From a bacterium (GTDB lineage: Bacteria > RUG730), in contig JAVBNQ010000010.1 in assembly GCA_031551405.1 (NCBI GenBank), forward strand, positions 62,001-100,667: a DNA stretch of 38,667 bases. Direction: 5' to 3'. Positions 28,039 to 36,838 of this stretch are shown one piece after another. Both the position numbers and the translations under genes were made by a program. Position 1 is the first letter of the stretch; each line of letters begins with the position of its first letter. Below the pieces are notes generated by a model. That model worked only from the letters and a program-made list of their open reading frames with translations. It did not search any database and was not told the origin of the DNA.

Positions 28039-28968
28039 ATGAATTTAAAACAAATCATCTCAAATCTTAAAAAAAATAATTTAACGATAATGATGATTCC
28101 AAGTCTAAAGTCATCAACAAAATCTATCTCTATACCGATTTTGTATTTTCATATTTTTATACTCTTTTCATTTTTAATTTTTGGAACAGCATTTTTTATA
28201 ATTAGTCGTCATATAAACTATATTGCCACAATCAATCAAAACATTCTTCTCGAAAACAAACTCGAGTATTTCTCGCAGGAGTTGATAAAAAGTAGAAATT
28301 TTATCGCAGAGGTGCGAGACGTTGATTATAACTTAAGAACTTTACTCGAGATGGACGACAAAAAAGAAATCATCAACAAGGTTGGGGTCGGTGGTCCCGA
28401 AGCCCTCGATATTATGCTGTCAACCAAATTATTGGAAAAAAATAAAATAATTTTTAGCACAGACGAATTCGAGTTCATTTTGAATCGGCTTCGTAGCGAC
28501 GCAGAAAAACAAATCTCCAGTTCAAAAGCTATTTTTAATTATATCGATCTACAGAGGCAAATTACATTAGCGACTCCGGATGTTTGGCCTGCTCCCGGAC
28601 GTATTTCATCGCTTTTTGGGCTGAGGATTGATCCGGTGAAATTCACTCGGGAATTTCACAAAGGACTCGACATAGCAAATCGCGAAGGAACCTGGGTTTC
28701 CGCAACAGCTAACGGCAGAGTAAAATATGCCGGCTGGTTAGGGGGCTACGGAAAAACGATTGTGATCGATCACGGATACGGATACATAACGCTTTATGCT
28801 CACTTGTCGCAAATCAACGTTGTACGAGGAGAAGTCGTAAAAAAATTTCATAAAATCGGTAAAATTGGCAGAACCGGAAGAGCCACAGGCGCTCATCTCC
28901 ATTACGAGGTAAGACTAAACAATAAACTTAAAAATCCGATGAACTACATCAAGTCACGCGCAAGATAA
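28039..28968 (+). CDS. M23 family metalloendopeptidase
   Basis: TM, coiled coil, WPAPGRISS.FG.R, HKGLD (HxxxD), TLYAHL and HLHYEV. Confidence 0.95.
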   Translation: MNLKQIISNLKKNNLTIMMIPSLKSSTKSISIPILYFHIFILFSFLIFGTAFFIISRHINYIATINQNILLENKLEYFSQELIKSRNFIAEVRDVDYNLRTLLEMDDKKEIINKVGVGGPEALDIMLSTKLLEKNKIIFSTDEFEFILNRLRSDAEKQISSSKAIFNYIDLQRQITLATPDVWPAPGRISSLFGLRIDPVKFTREFHKGLDIANREGTWVSATANGRVKYAGWLGGYGKTIVIDHGYGYITLYAHLSQINVVRGEVVKKFHKIGKIGRTGRATGAHLHYEVRLNNKLKNPMNYIKSRAR

Positions 28969-28988
28969 TTCAAAATTATTGAGGGCAA

Positions 28989-29357
28989 ATGAGCAAATTT
29001 GAAAAAAACAAAGTTATCCCAAAAGTCGAATCTTATATTTCTGAATTTACAACTATCAAAGGCTCTATTGATTCAGTATCCGGAACGCTAAGAATTGACG
29101 GGAAAGTTGACGGCGAATTCGTAAAATCAAAAGGTCTTATAGTCGGTGAAAAAGCGATTATAAACGCAAATTTAGACGCAGACTATGTCATCATTTCCGG
29201 ACAAGTCAACGGAAATATAACGGTTTCTTCGAAAATAGAAATATTAAAAACAGCAAAAATTGTTGGCAATGTAGACACAAAAATAATTACTGTCGAGGAA
29301 GGTTCGTTTTTGCAAGGGCAATGTAAAACGAATAGGAACATTACAGAAAAAAAATAA
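28989..29357 (+). CDS. Bactofilin (polymer-forming cytoskeletal protein, CcmA family)
   Basis: TTIKGSI...LRIDGKVDG...VIISGQVNGNI...IVGNV...VEEG.FLQG beta-helix pattern; follows an M23 peptidase. Confidence 0.92.
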   Translation: MSKFEKNKVIPKVESYISEFTTIKGSIDSVSGTLRIDGKVDGEFVKSKGLIVGEKAIINANLDADYVIISGQVNGNITVSSKIEILKTAKIVGNVDTKIITVEEGSFLQGQCKTNRNITEKK

Positions 29358-29368
29358 GAGGGATTTTT

Positions 29369-30040
29369 ATGTTTGGTTTTCTAAGAAATAATATGAAATT
29401 AATGCTAATTTTTCTTTTAATCGGTTTTGCCGCGAGTATGTTTGCAGGGATTGGAGCTTATATTTTGGCTGACAGAAAAAACATCGTAGCCATCGTCAAT
29501 AAAGACAAAATAAGAATGGACGAATTAAGCTATTATTTTAACAATTTGATGTACCAAAAACGAACAGAAAATCCAAATGAAACTCTAGACGCGGATAAAA
29601 TAAAAAAACAAGCTATTAGTCAATTGATTCAAGAAAAAATTTTCTTGCAAGAAGCTAAAAAAGTTGGCGAAAAAGTTTCCGAGGCAGAAATTCAAAACAT
29701 GCTCATGCAGTATCCTATTTTCCAACAAAATGGACAATTCGATTTACAAACTTATTACAATGCTTTGAGATATACAATTCGTAAAAGTCCGACAGAATTT
29801 GAAAAGAATGTCGAGAATAACATAATGACAGAAAAAATTAAACTTTTGATTTATTCGATCACAAAAACCTCTGACAGAGAACTTTCTCTCGAGTTTGAAA
29901 CATTAAGTTTCGCTCTTGGATATGTGCCAAAATCTGAGTTTGATCAAAAATTTGAGTCAGGGAAAAAAATGCTCGGCTTAAATGACTGGTTCAGAAACGC
30001 GGCTGAAAAATCAAAAACTGAAATTTTATTAAAAGAATAA
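29369..30040 (+). CDS. SurA N-terminal domain protein (PpiD-like chaperone lacking a PPIase domain)
   Basis: MFGFLR + TM, VAIVNKDKI, LIQEKIFLQEAKKVG.KVS and FQQNGQFD motifs. Confidence 0.85.
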   Translation: MFGFLRNNMKLMLIFLLIGFAASMFAGIGAYILADRKNIVAIVNKDKIRMDELSYYFNNLMYQKRTENPNETLDADKIKKQAISQLIQEKIFLQEAKKVGEKVSEAEIQNMLMQYPIFQQNGQFDLQTYYNALRYTIRKSPTEFEKNVENNIMTEKIKLLIYSITKTSDRELSLEFETLSFALGYVPKSEFDQKFESGKKMLGLNDWFRNAAEKSKTEILLKE

Positions 30041-30044
30041 CAAA

Positions 30045-30416
30045 TTGCATATTGGCATCGATATAGAACAAATCGAAAAATTCGAAAATTTTACAAAAGA
30101 CAAAATGAAATTTTTACAGCCCATTTTTTCTGCTTCAGAGCTAAAATTTTGTTCCGGTCAACAAAACCCCGCAAAATATCTGACTCTTTGTTTCTCGGCA
30201 AAAGAAGCCTTTCTCAAAGCCTTTTCTTCCATCGATAAAAATCTATTTTCAATATCAGACATAAATCTAGATTTCTCAAATAAAATTCCAGAATTAAAAT
30301 TTAGCGAACCTATCCAGAAATGGTTCAAAAAGCAAAAAATAGACGAAATAAAGTTTACTTTTTCAATTAAAAAAAAGTATGTTGTTGCTTTAATTGCAGC
30401 CAGAAAAAATTCATAA
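30045..30416 (+). CDS. acpS: Holo-ACP synthase (AcpS)-like phosphopantetheinyl transferase, divergent
   Basis: IGIDI and FSAKEAFLKA motifs; 123 aa; TTG start. Confidence 0.78.
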   Translation: MHIGIDIEQIEKFENFTKDKMKFLQPIFSASELKFCSGQQNPAKYLTLCFSAKEAFLKAFSSIDKNLFSISDINLDFSNKIPELKFSEPIQKWFKKQKIDEIKFTFSIKKKYVVALIAARKNS

Positions 30417-30420
30417 AAAA

Positions 30421-30873
30421 ATGCAGATTGATAAAAATCATATAAACAAATTACTAAAACAAAAACCGCCATTTTTATTCGTAGATTTTGCTGAAACCAG
30501 CGAACACGAACCAAATAAAATTACTGCATTTTTTTCTCTAAAAAAGTCAAATCCTATTCTAAACGGACATTTTCCTAGCGAACCTGTCTTGCCTGGAGTT
30601 TTGTTCGCGGAAATGATCGCGCAAACAGCCTTAATTTTGATCACTCACAACGCAAAAATTTTGGATAATTCGAATTACAAAGCATTTATCGCACGCATCA
30701 AAGACGTGAATTTAAAAAATTCAGTCATTCCTGATTGCAACATCACGATAAAAGTAGAAGTAAATGACTCGATTTTGGAGAATTTTTATGAGGCTTCAGG
30801 CGAGATTTATGAAGCAGAAGAACTTAAATGTAGTGGAGAAATTACGTTATATTTTAAAGCATCTGAGAGTTAG
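30421..30873 (+). CDS. FabA/FabZ-family beta-hydroxyacyl-ACP dehydratase
   Basis: PFLFVD and GHFP.EPVLPGVL.AEMIAQ (catalytic His and Glu present); likely start ATG 30421. Confidence 0.85.
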   Translation: MQIDKNHINKLLKQKPPFLFVDFAETSEHEPNKITAFFSLKKSNPILNGHFPSEPVLPGVLFAEMIAQTALILITHNAKILDNSNYKAFIARIKDVNLKNSVIPDCNITIKVEVNDSILENFYEASGEIYEAEELKCSGEITLYFKASES

Positions 30874-31460
30874 CTTTCGACGGAATTTTTTGCTTCAACA
30901 GCTAGTTTATCTGCGATCTTATTTTTTTCTCTTGGGATGTGTTCTATCATAAAACTTTTAAACTTTTTTATTTTTTCAAAAAATTCTAAATATAAACTTT
31001 TCAGCTCAAAATTCGAAATTTTGTACTCGCCTCTAATTTGCTTTACCATGAGTTCTGAGTCTGCGAAAAATCTCAAATTGTAATCGTATAACTCCATATT
31101 TTCGAGAGTCTCCACAGCCAAAATCAAAGCCGAATATTCTGCAATATTATTTGTCGTATTCCCAAGAAATTTTTTAGCTGAAGCGACCTCGCGATTCGCA
31201 GAGTCAAAAATCACGCATCCACAGCCGCCTCTCCCGGGATTTCCGCTCGCTGCCCCATCTGAAAAAACAAATAGACTTTTCTCATCATCAAACAAATCCA
31301 GCTCACGTTCTTCTTTTAAAAAAATTTTGTTAGATAACAAAGCCGTTTTTTTAAGCTCGGTTACGATAGAATTTTTAAGAAGAATAAGATTGTGTTTTTT
31401 GAGAATTGTGTCAAAACTTTTGTTATTTGTGATAAGATCTACGATTTCTGAAAGCTTCAT
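30870..31460 (-). CDS. rnhA: Ribonuclease HI family protein with N-terminal extension
   Basis: FSDGAASGNPG, TNNIAEY, DSELMVKQ, HIPRE.N and ADKLA give the complete acidic active-site set. Confidence 0.92.
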   Translation of the reverse strand: MKLSEIVDLITNNKSFDTILKKHNLILLKNSIVTELKKTALLSNKIFLKEERELDLFDDEKSLFVFSDGAASGNPGRGGCGCVIFDSANREVASAKKFLGNTTNNIAEYSALILAVETLENMELYDYNLRFFADSELMVKQIRGEYKISNFELKSLYLEFFEKIKKFKSFMIEHIPREKNKIADKLAVEAKNSVES

Positions 31461-32176
31461 GATTTATCTAAAATGTACAGAATTCTGCTGCAATTATCGC
31501 ATTGAATGGCGTGAGTGGAAGAAATGATTTCGCTAATTTTTTGGATTGGAACTGAAAGGTGACAAACTTTACAAGACGATGTTTCTCTGTCAACCTCTGA
31601 AATCGCGATTCCGTTCTGGTGAATTTTGATTTTCTCATACATATCGAGAAGCGGTTTGTTTGCAATTAATTTAATAATTTCATTTCGCTCTTGATTGATT
31701 TTTTCTAAATTTTGGTTAATGTCGTCTGCTTTGATCTTAAATTCTTGTTTTTTATCTTCAAGAGTTTTTTCAATCGCTTTTATATTTTCTTTCTGTTTAT
31801 TTAAACTTACCGCTAAAACATCGAGCTCTTCCAGCCCAAACAAAATTTTATCTTCTAAATCGCTTTTTTTTTGTTTTTCGGCCTGAATGATGTCGATAAG
31901 TGCTTTGTATTTTTCGTTAGATTTTATGGAATTCAGTTCTAGATTAAATTTTCCGATATTTTGTTCTGCGGCCGCTAACTCTAGCTCAAGATTTTTCTTT
32001 TCAAGTTGATTTTGATTAATATTTTCTTTGATTTCATTTAAAACTGTGTTTTCTACGTCAAGATTGGTTTGGAAATTTTGTAAAAGTTTAGGTATTTCTA
32101 AAAGTAAATTTTTGAAGTTTTGGATGGCAATGTCGAGATTTTGTAATTTTACTATCAAGTCTAAGTTATTTAGCAT
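31457..32176 (-). CDS. C4-type zinc-ribbon domain coiled-coil protein (DUF164 family)
   Basis: LIVKLQNLD start, long coiled coil, CKVC...CDNCSRILY; overlaps rnhA (ATGA) as commonly seen. Confidence 0.9.
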   Translation of the reverse strand: MLNNLDLIVKLQNLDIAIQNFKNLLLEIPKLLQNFQTNLDVENTVLNEIKENINQNQLEKKNLELELAAAEQNIGKFNLELNSIKSNEKYKALIDIIQAEKQKKSDLEDKILFGLEELDVLAVSLNKQKENIKAIEKTLEDKKQEFKIKADDINQNLEKINQERNEIIKLIANKPLLDMYEKIKIHQNGIAISEVDRETSSCKVCHLSVPIQKISEIISSTHAIQCDNCSRILYILDKS

Positions 32177-32199
32177 TTTCCCTCGATATTTTTAGCTCA

Positions 32200-32538
32200 A
32201 AACTAATAATTTTTTTCTTGCGCCGAATTTCTCATCATCACACCTAAAGCAATTCTTTCTAACGTTTTTCTTAAAAATCTTCAGTTTTTATACTTTTCAG
32301 TTTTGCTTTCATCGTCTAAAAATTGATGCAATTTTTCGAAAACCCTTCGTGAGTGAAAGTGAGTAAAATTTTCAAAAAATCGTTTGAAATTTCTAAACTT
32401 GTTTGAGCCCCTTTTTGGGCTGCGAGTCTCTTTAAAAACTTAGATTTTTAGAGAATTTTGCTCCTATATCACGAGCGTGGGCGCCGTTTTTTGTTTACTT
32501 TTTTATGAGCGAGCAAAAAAAGTACAAACTAATAATTT
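32200..32538. mobile_element. Putative non-autonomous hairpin-rich element (~313 bp) flanked by a 13 bp direct repeat
   Basis: AAACTAATAATTT exact at 32200-32212 and 32526-32538. Inside are a long stem (32361-32381/32443-32463), inner hairpin AGCCC/GGGCT, and terminal hairpin TACTTTTTT/AAAAAAGTA (32496-32524). No ORF. Confidence 0.45.
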
Positions 32539-32908
32539 AATAAACTTTTGGTCAAAAACAAAATGACTGTCTTTAGGCTTTAGACGGAAATTGAAAAGAT
32601 TTTTCTAGAATTTTCTAAATTTATCTCAGAAAAAATTCATAAAAATAACAATTTTCGTTTTTTTGTTTCGACAAATTTTTTTTATCTTTCAGTCATCACG
32701 TAGAGATTTTCATTTTTTCCGAGCGCGGCTTTCTTTTTTTTAGGAAAACCAAACTAAGCGTTAGGTTTTCCTAACACCTTTCCTTAGCTTTTCCTCGCAG
32801 AACTCGCTTCACTCCGTTTCGCTCATACAAGCTGCGAGCAAGGTTTTTTTACTTCTTACCCCCGCCAGTTCTTCTGCCCCTTCCTAAAGTCTTCTCGTCT
32901 AGCTTTTA

Positions 32909-33050
32909 AATTCTTTCAAACGTTTTTCTTTAAAACTCTTGTTTTAATTTTCTCAGTCTCGCGAGTTCGTGATGTTTTTAGTTTTTGTTTTATCTCTAAA
33001 AATTGTGCAATTTTTCGAAAAACCTTTCGTGAGAAAAAGTGGGAAAAATT
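32909..33050. repeat. Degenerate direct repeat of 32251-32370
   Basis: AATTCTTTC.AACGTTTTTCTT.AAA (32251 vs 32909) and TCTAAAAATTG(A)TGCAATTTTTCGAAAA.C.TTCGTGAG..AAAGTG...AAAATT (32315-32370 vs 32995-33050). Confidence 0.8.
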
Positions 33051-33071
33051 AATCTACCCAATTTACAAAAC

Positions 33072-33145
33072 TGGGCCCAGTAGGACTTGAACCTACGACC
33101 CACTGATTATGAGTCAGTTGCTCTAACCGACTGAGCTATGGGCCC
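33072..33145 (-). tRNA. tRNA with CAT anticodon, probably tRNA-Ile2 (lysidine-modified)
   Basis: GGGCCCATAGCTCAGTCGGTTAGAGCAACTGACTCATAATCAGTGGGTCGTAGGTTCAAGTCCTACTGGGCCCA. The GGGCC acceptor, CTCATAA loop and position after rpoD favour Ile2 over Met; CCA not encoded. Confidence 0.93.
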
Positions 33146-33186
33146 ATTTTTTCGAATTGGAAATATAACTTTTTTGAGGAGACTTG

Positions 33187-35055
33187 TCAATCTAAATATT
33201 CTTCTAAATTTTTACTTCTCGACGGATGTCTCAACTTCTTTATTGCTTTTACTTCAATCTGTCTAACTCGTTCTCTCGTTACATTAAAAATCTTTCCAAC
33301 CTCTTCAAGTGTCCGAGGATATCCTGTTCCAATCCCAAACCTCAATTTTATGATTTCAGCTTCTTTTGGCGTCAATGTATTCAAAACTTCTCCGATAGCT
33401 TTGACTCGTATCGCATCTGCAGATTTGCTAGCCGGCGTTGCTTGATTCTTATCCTCAATAAAATCTTCCAAATAACTGTCCTCATCTTCACCAATCGGAG
33501 TTGTAAGCGAAATTGGATCCTGCATTATTTTCAAAACTGCCTTAATTTTATCTATCGGCATTTTCATCTTATCGTGGTATTCTTCCAATGTCGGTTCTCG
33601 TCCTTCGTCTTGCCTGCATTTTCTCGAGATTTTACCGAGTTTACTTATCAATTCTTTCATATGAACAGGGATTCTTATCGTACGCGCCTGGTCAGCTATA
33701 GCTCGATTAATCGATTGTCTGATCCACCACGTCGCATACGTAGAAAATTTAAAGCCACGTTTATATTCAAATTTATCGACTGCTTTTATAAGCCCTATGC
33801 TCCCTTCCTGAATTAAATCTAACAAAGATAAACTTGAGTTCACATGTTTCTTTGCAATGCTCACCACAAGCCTCAAATTTGCCTTTATTAGGCTCATTTT
33901 ATCTTTTCGTATAACTTCTTCCAGCTCAGAAATCTTCTTGTCATTTTCCATTAAATCCGTTGCTTTAATACATTTTTCCTCTTCAATCTCAACTATTTTT
34001 TTCTCAAACGAATCCACATCTTTAAGCCTTCTAAACGCTTCTTCCTGTGTAAACCCAACAGCTCTTTTGAATTTTTTTTCGTCTTTTACGTCTCTTATGT
34101 ATTGACTGACCTTGTCTAAATCAACTTTAAAGTCTTTTTTTATAGTCTCGATTTCTCTATTAAAAAATACTATTTGTTCAGTAATTTCCTTTATTCTACT
34201 GACTAACTTATTCATTTTCTCAACGTTGAGATTTAAACCGATAATGTTATCAATAATCTTTTCTTGATTTTTTTTAAGCTCTTGCTCGAGATTTTTCTTT
34301 TTATCAAGTTTCTTTTCTTTTTTCAAAGCATCGTTTATGCCTTGAATTTTAGCCTCAATTCCTTTTATGAAATCTGCCGTGTCCTCTATTTTGTCTCTCA
34401 TATCCTGGATAGATTCATCTGTCTTTTTACCTCGTGGCATCAATTCTTTCGGCGTCATCTCCTCTTCTTTCAATAGCGAATCCCAATGCCTAATCTCTTT
34501 GAGAGTAATCGGCGAGCTAAGCACAAGCCATTGCAATTTCTTCTCGTTTTCTTTAATTCTCTTGGCAATCTCTATCTCATCTTCCCTGTTTAAAAGAGGA
34601 ACTCGTCCCATTTCGGAAAGATAAAGTTTTATAGAATCATTTGCCTTTATTTCAGCCTCTTGTTCTTCGGTTTCAGACTCCTGTTCGAATATCGTGTTAC
34701 CAAAGGCAGACAACTTCTCAAAATTATTCTCTTCATCATCTTCACTCTGAGTATTTTCGTTGCTAAATTTATCTATATCTTCTATTCCCTGATATGCTTC
34801 AAAAGGATCTATTCCCTCTTCAAAACCCTCTTCTTCCGATATCTGTTTATCGGTATTAGACTCATTTATAAAATTTTTCAAATTTATTCCAAGCTTTTCG
34901 ATCTTTATAAAAATAGCATCTATCTCATCCGTCGATAAATCCTTCTGTGTTAAAAGCTCCTCCAACTCGTTATAGTTTAACGCTCCAGAATCTTTGCCTT
35001 TTTTAAGAAGCTCAAGTATATCGTCATCAAATTCAGCTTTCTTTTTTAATTTCAT
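33187..35055 (-). CDS. rpoD: RNA polymerase primary sigma factor sigma70
   Basis: Region 1.2 [44 protein letters not shown] and [18 protein letters not shown]. Confidence 0.99.
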   Translation of the reverse strand: MKLKKKAEFDDDILELLKKGKDSGALNYNELEELLTQKDLSTDEIDAIFIKIEKLGINLKNFINESNTDKQISEEEGFEEGIDPFEAYQGIEDIDKFSNENTQSEDDEENNFEKLSAFGNTIFEQESETEEQEAEIKANDSIKLYLSEMGRVPLLNREDEIEIAKRIKENEKKLQWLVLSSPITLKEIRHWDSLLKEEEMTPKELMPRGKKTDESIQDMRDKIEDTADFIKGIEAKIQGINDALKKEKKLDKKKNLEQELKKNQEKIIDNIIGLNLNVEKMNKLVSRIKEITEQIVFFNREIETIKKDFKVDLDKVSQYIRDVKDEKKFKRAVGFTQEEAFRRLKDVDSFEKKIVEIEEEKCIKATDLMENDKKISELEEVIRKDKMSLIKANLRLVVSIAKKHVNSSLSLLDLIQEGSIGLIKAVDKFEYKRGFKFSTYATWWIRQSINRAIADQARTIRIPVHMKELISKLGKISRKCRQDEGREPTLEEYHDKMKMPIDKIKAVLKIMQDPISLTTPIGEDEDSYLEDFIEDKNQATPASKSADAIRVKAIGEVLNTLTPKEAEIIKLRFGIGTGYPRTLEEVGKIFNVTRERVRQIEVKAIKKLRHPSRSKNLEEYLD

Positions 35056-36832
35056 TTTTACCTCTGGATTTAACTTTTTTTGCCAAGTAATAGTGCTCTA
35101 AAATATCGTCTAAATTATCGCTTTTGCTCAGTTGCATCATTTTATTTTCGAGAAATTTTTGTTCTAGTTTTTTCACAAAATCATTAATGTCATCTGAAAA
35201 GTTTTTTGTAAAAACAGATTTTGTTAAAATTTTATAGATTTCATTATTTTTTTCATCGATGGATAAATTTAAATCTAAAGCTAGCGTACTCAAAATTCTC
35301 ATCGGCGTTAGATCTTGGCTTAGCAAATTGTCGCAATTTTTGAACAAATACTCTATGATTTGCCTGTTTTCCATCGAAAAAATCCAGCCAGTATCGATAA
35401 TTTTTTTTGCTTCGCTGATTTTCTTTGGATTTGCGATCAAAAATTCCAGGAAATCCTGCTCGAGCGTATTAAAAACAAATTTTGGTTTTGCAGAAATTTT
35501 TGCTTCATTTTCTTTGGAAACTTTTGTCTGAGAGAATTTTCTAATGCTTTGCTTGAATTTCTTAAACTCTAACTTAATCTCATCTTCTTTTTCTTTCAGT
35601 AAATCCGCAGCATTTTTTAAAATATAGTTTACGCGCAATTTATTCTCGATATTCGCACACATCTCAAAAACTTCAGCTAAAAAATTCTCTCGATCTTTCA
35701 ATTTTGAAAAATCTTTATTCTTCGCAAAAAAATTTATTTTATACAAAAATCCATCCTCAGAATTTTTCAAGATTTCAAGGAATTTTTCTTTCCCATACTT
35801 TTTTAAAAATTCATCCGGATCTAGTTTTTCAGGAATCAATGCTATTTTGAGATATAAATCTAAATTTGCAAATAAATCGACTGATCTTAGAGAAGCTTTT
35901 ATTCCGGCTGCATCGCCATCAAAAAGCAAGATTATTTCGTCAGTATATTTTTTTATGAAATTGATATGATTTTCAGTGAGAGCAGTTCCGAGAGTAGCGA
36001 CGGAATTTTTGATCCCAAATTTATGCAAGGCCATTACGTCGATATACCCTTCCAAAATTATAGCCTTTTTTTCTGATTTTATGTGCTGAATCGCAATATC
36101 AATCCCATACAGAGATGCGTTTTTTTTAAAGATTTCCGTTTCAGGTGAGTTCAAATATTTTGGCAAGCTGTCGTCCAAAACTCTTCCGCCAAAAGCAATT
36201 ACTTTGCCTTTTGCGTTTTTTATTGGGAAAATCACTCGATTGACAAACCAGTCGTTGAATTTGCCAAAATTATTTTTGCGAATGAGGCCAAGCAGCTCAA
36301 GAGTTTTTGGCTCAATTCGATTTTTCAGAGCGAGATTCAAAATTGTATCATAATTTTTCGGAGCAAAACCGATTTGAAAAGTTTTTAGATCATCCAGATC
36401 AAAGTTTCTCGCCAGCAAATACTCACGAGCTTTTTGAGCTTTTTCTGACTTGAGCAAAAAATTGTGATAATACTCGGCGACGCGATTATTTACTTTGAAC
36501 ATCTCGTCCAAAATCGAGACTTTTTCAGGTGTCAACGTCAAATTTTTTAGAGAAATTCCAAATTTTTCTGCTAAAAAAGTAATCGCCTCATTAAACGTAA
36601 AATTCTCGATTTTCATAATAAAACCGAAAACATCACCGCCTTCACCGCAGCCAAAACAATGGAAAAGCTGTTTTTCTTCGCTAACAGTAAAAGAAGGCGT
36701 CTTTTCCTGATGAAAAGGACACAAACCTTTGTAATTCGCGCCACTTTTTTTTAAATTTACATATTCTCCGATGACTGCAACAATATCAGCAGCATCCAAA
36801 ATTTTGGTAATAGTTTCTCTGTCAAATGCCAT
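35033..36832 (-). CDS. dnaG: DNA primase
   Basis: CPFH.EKTPSF...CFGC zinc finger, [17 protein letters not shown] and DGDAAG Toprim motifs. Confidence 0.98.
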   Translation of the reverse strand: MAFDRETITKILDAADIVAVIGEYVNLKKSGANYKGLCPFHQEKTPSFTVSEEKQLFHCFGCGEGGDVFGFIMKIENFTFNEAITFLAEKFGISLKNLTLTPEKVSILDEMFKVNNRVAEYYHNFLLKSEKAQKAREYLLARNFDLDDLKTFQIGFAPKNYDTILNLALKNRIEPKTLELLGLIRKNNFGKFNDWFVNRVIFPIKNAKGKVIAFGGRVLDDSLPKYLNSPETEIFKKNASLYGIDIAIQHIKSEKKAIILEGYIDVMALHKFGIKNSVATLGTALTENHINFIKKYTDEIILLFDGDAAGIKASLRSVDLFANLDLYLKIALIPEKLDPDEFLKKYGKEKFLEILKNSEDGFLYKINFFAKNKDFSKLKDRENFLAEVFEMCANIENKLRVNYILKNAADLLKEKEDEIKLEFKKFKQSIRKFSQTKVSKENEAKISAKPKFVFNTLEQDFLEFLIANPKKISEAKKIIDTGWIFSMENRQIIEYLFKNCDNLLSQDLTPMRILSTLALDLNLSIDEKNNEIYKILTKSVFTKNFSDDINDFVKKLEQKFLENKMMQLSKSDNLDDILEHYYLAKKVKSRGKNEIKKES

Positions 36833-36838
36833 ATTTTA

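Noticed and set aside
32470-32770. GCGTGGGCGC and CTAAGCGTT words recall twister-sister and pistol ribozymes
   Set aside because: The other conserved elements and pairings of those ribozymes are not visible; short chance matches.
32177-33071. Possible RNase P RNA, CRISPR array or hidden CDS in the long spacer
   Set aside because: I found no GAGGAAAGTCC-type rnpB signature on either strand, no regularly spaced identical repeats, and the track lists no ORF of 60 aa or more here.
33051-33071. Possible att site or integrated island at the tRNA 3' end
   Set aside because: No duplicated tRNA 3' fragment and no integrase in the window.
33226-33816. 196 aa plus-strand ORF, and similar antisense ORFs such as 12082-12618 and 55-261
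   Set aside because: They lie wholly opposite well-conserved genes (rpoD, aroA, glgD-like) with implausible composition.
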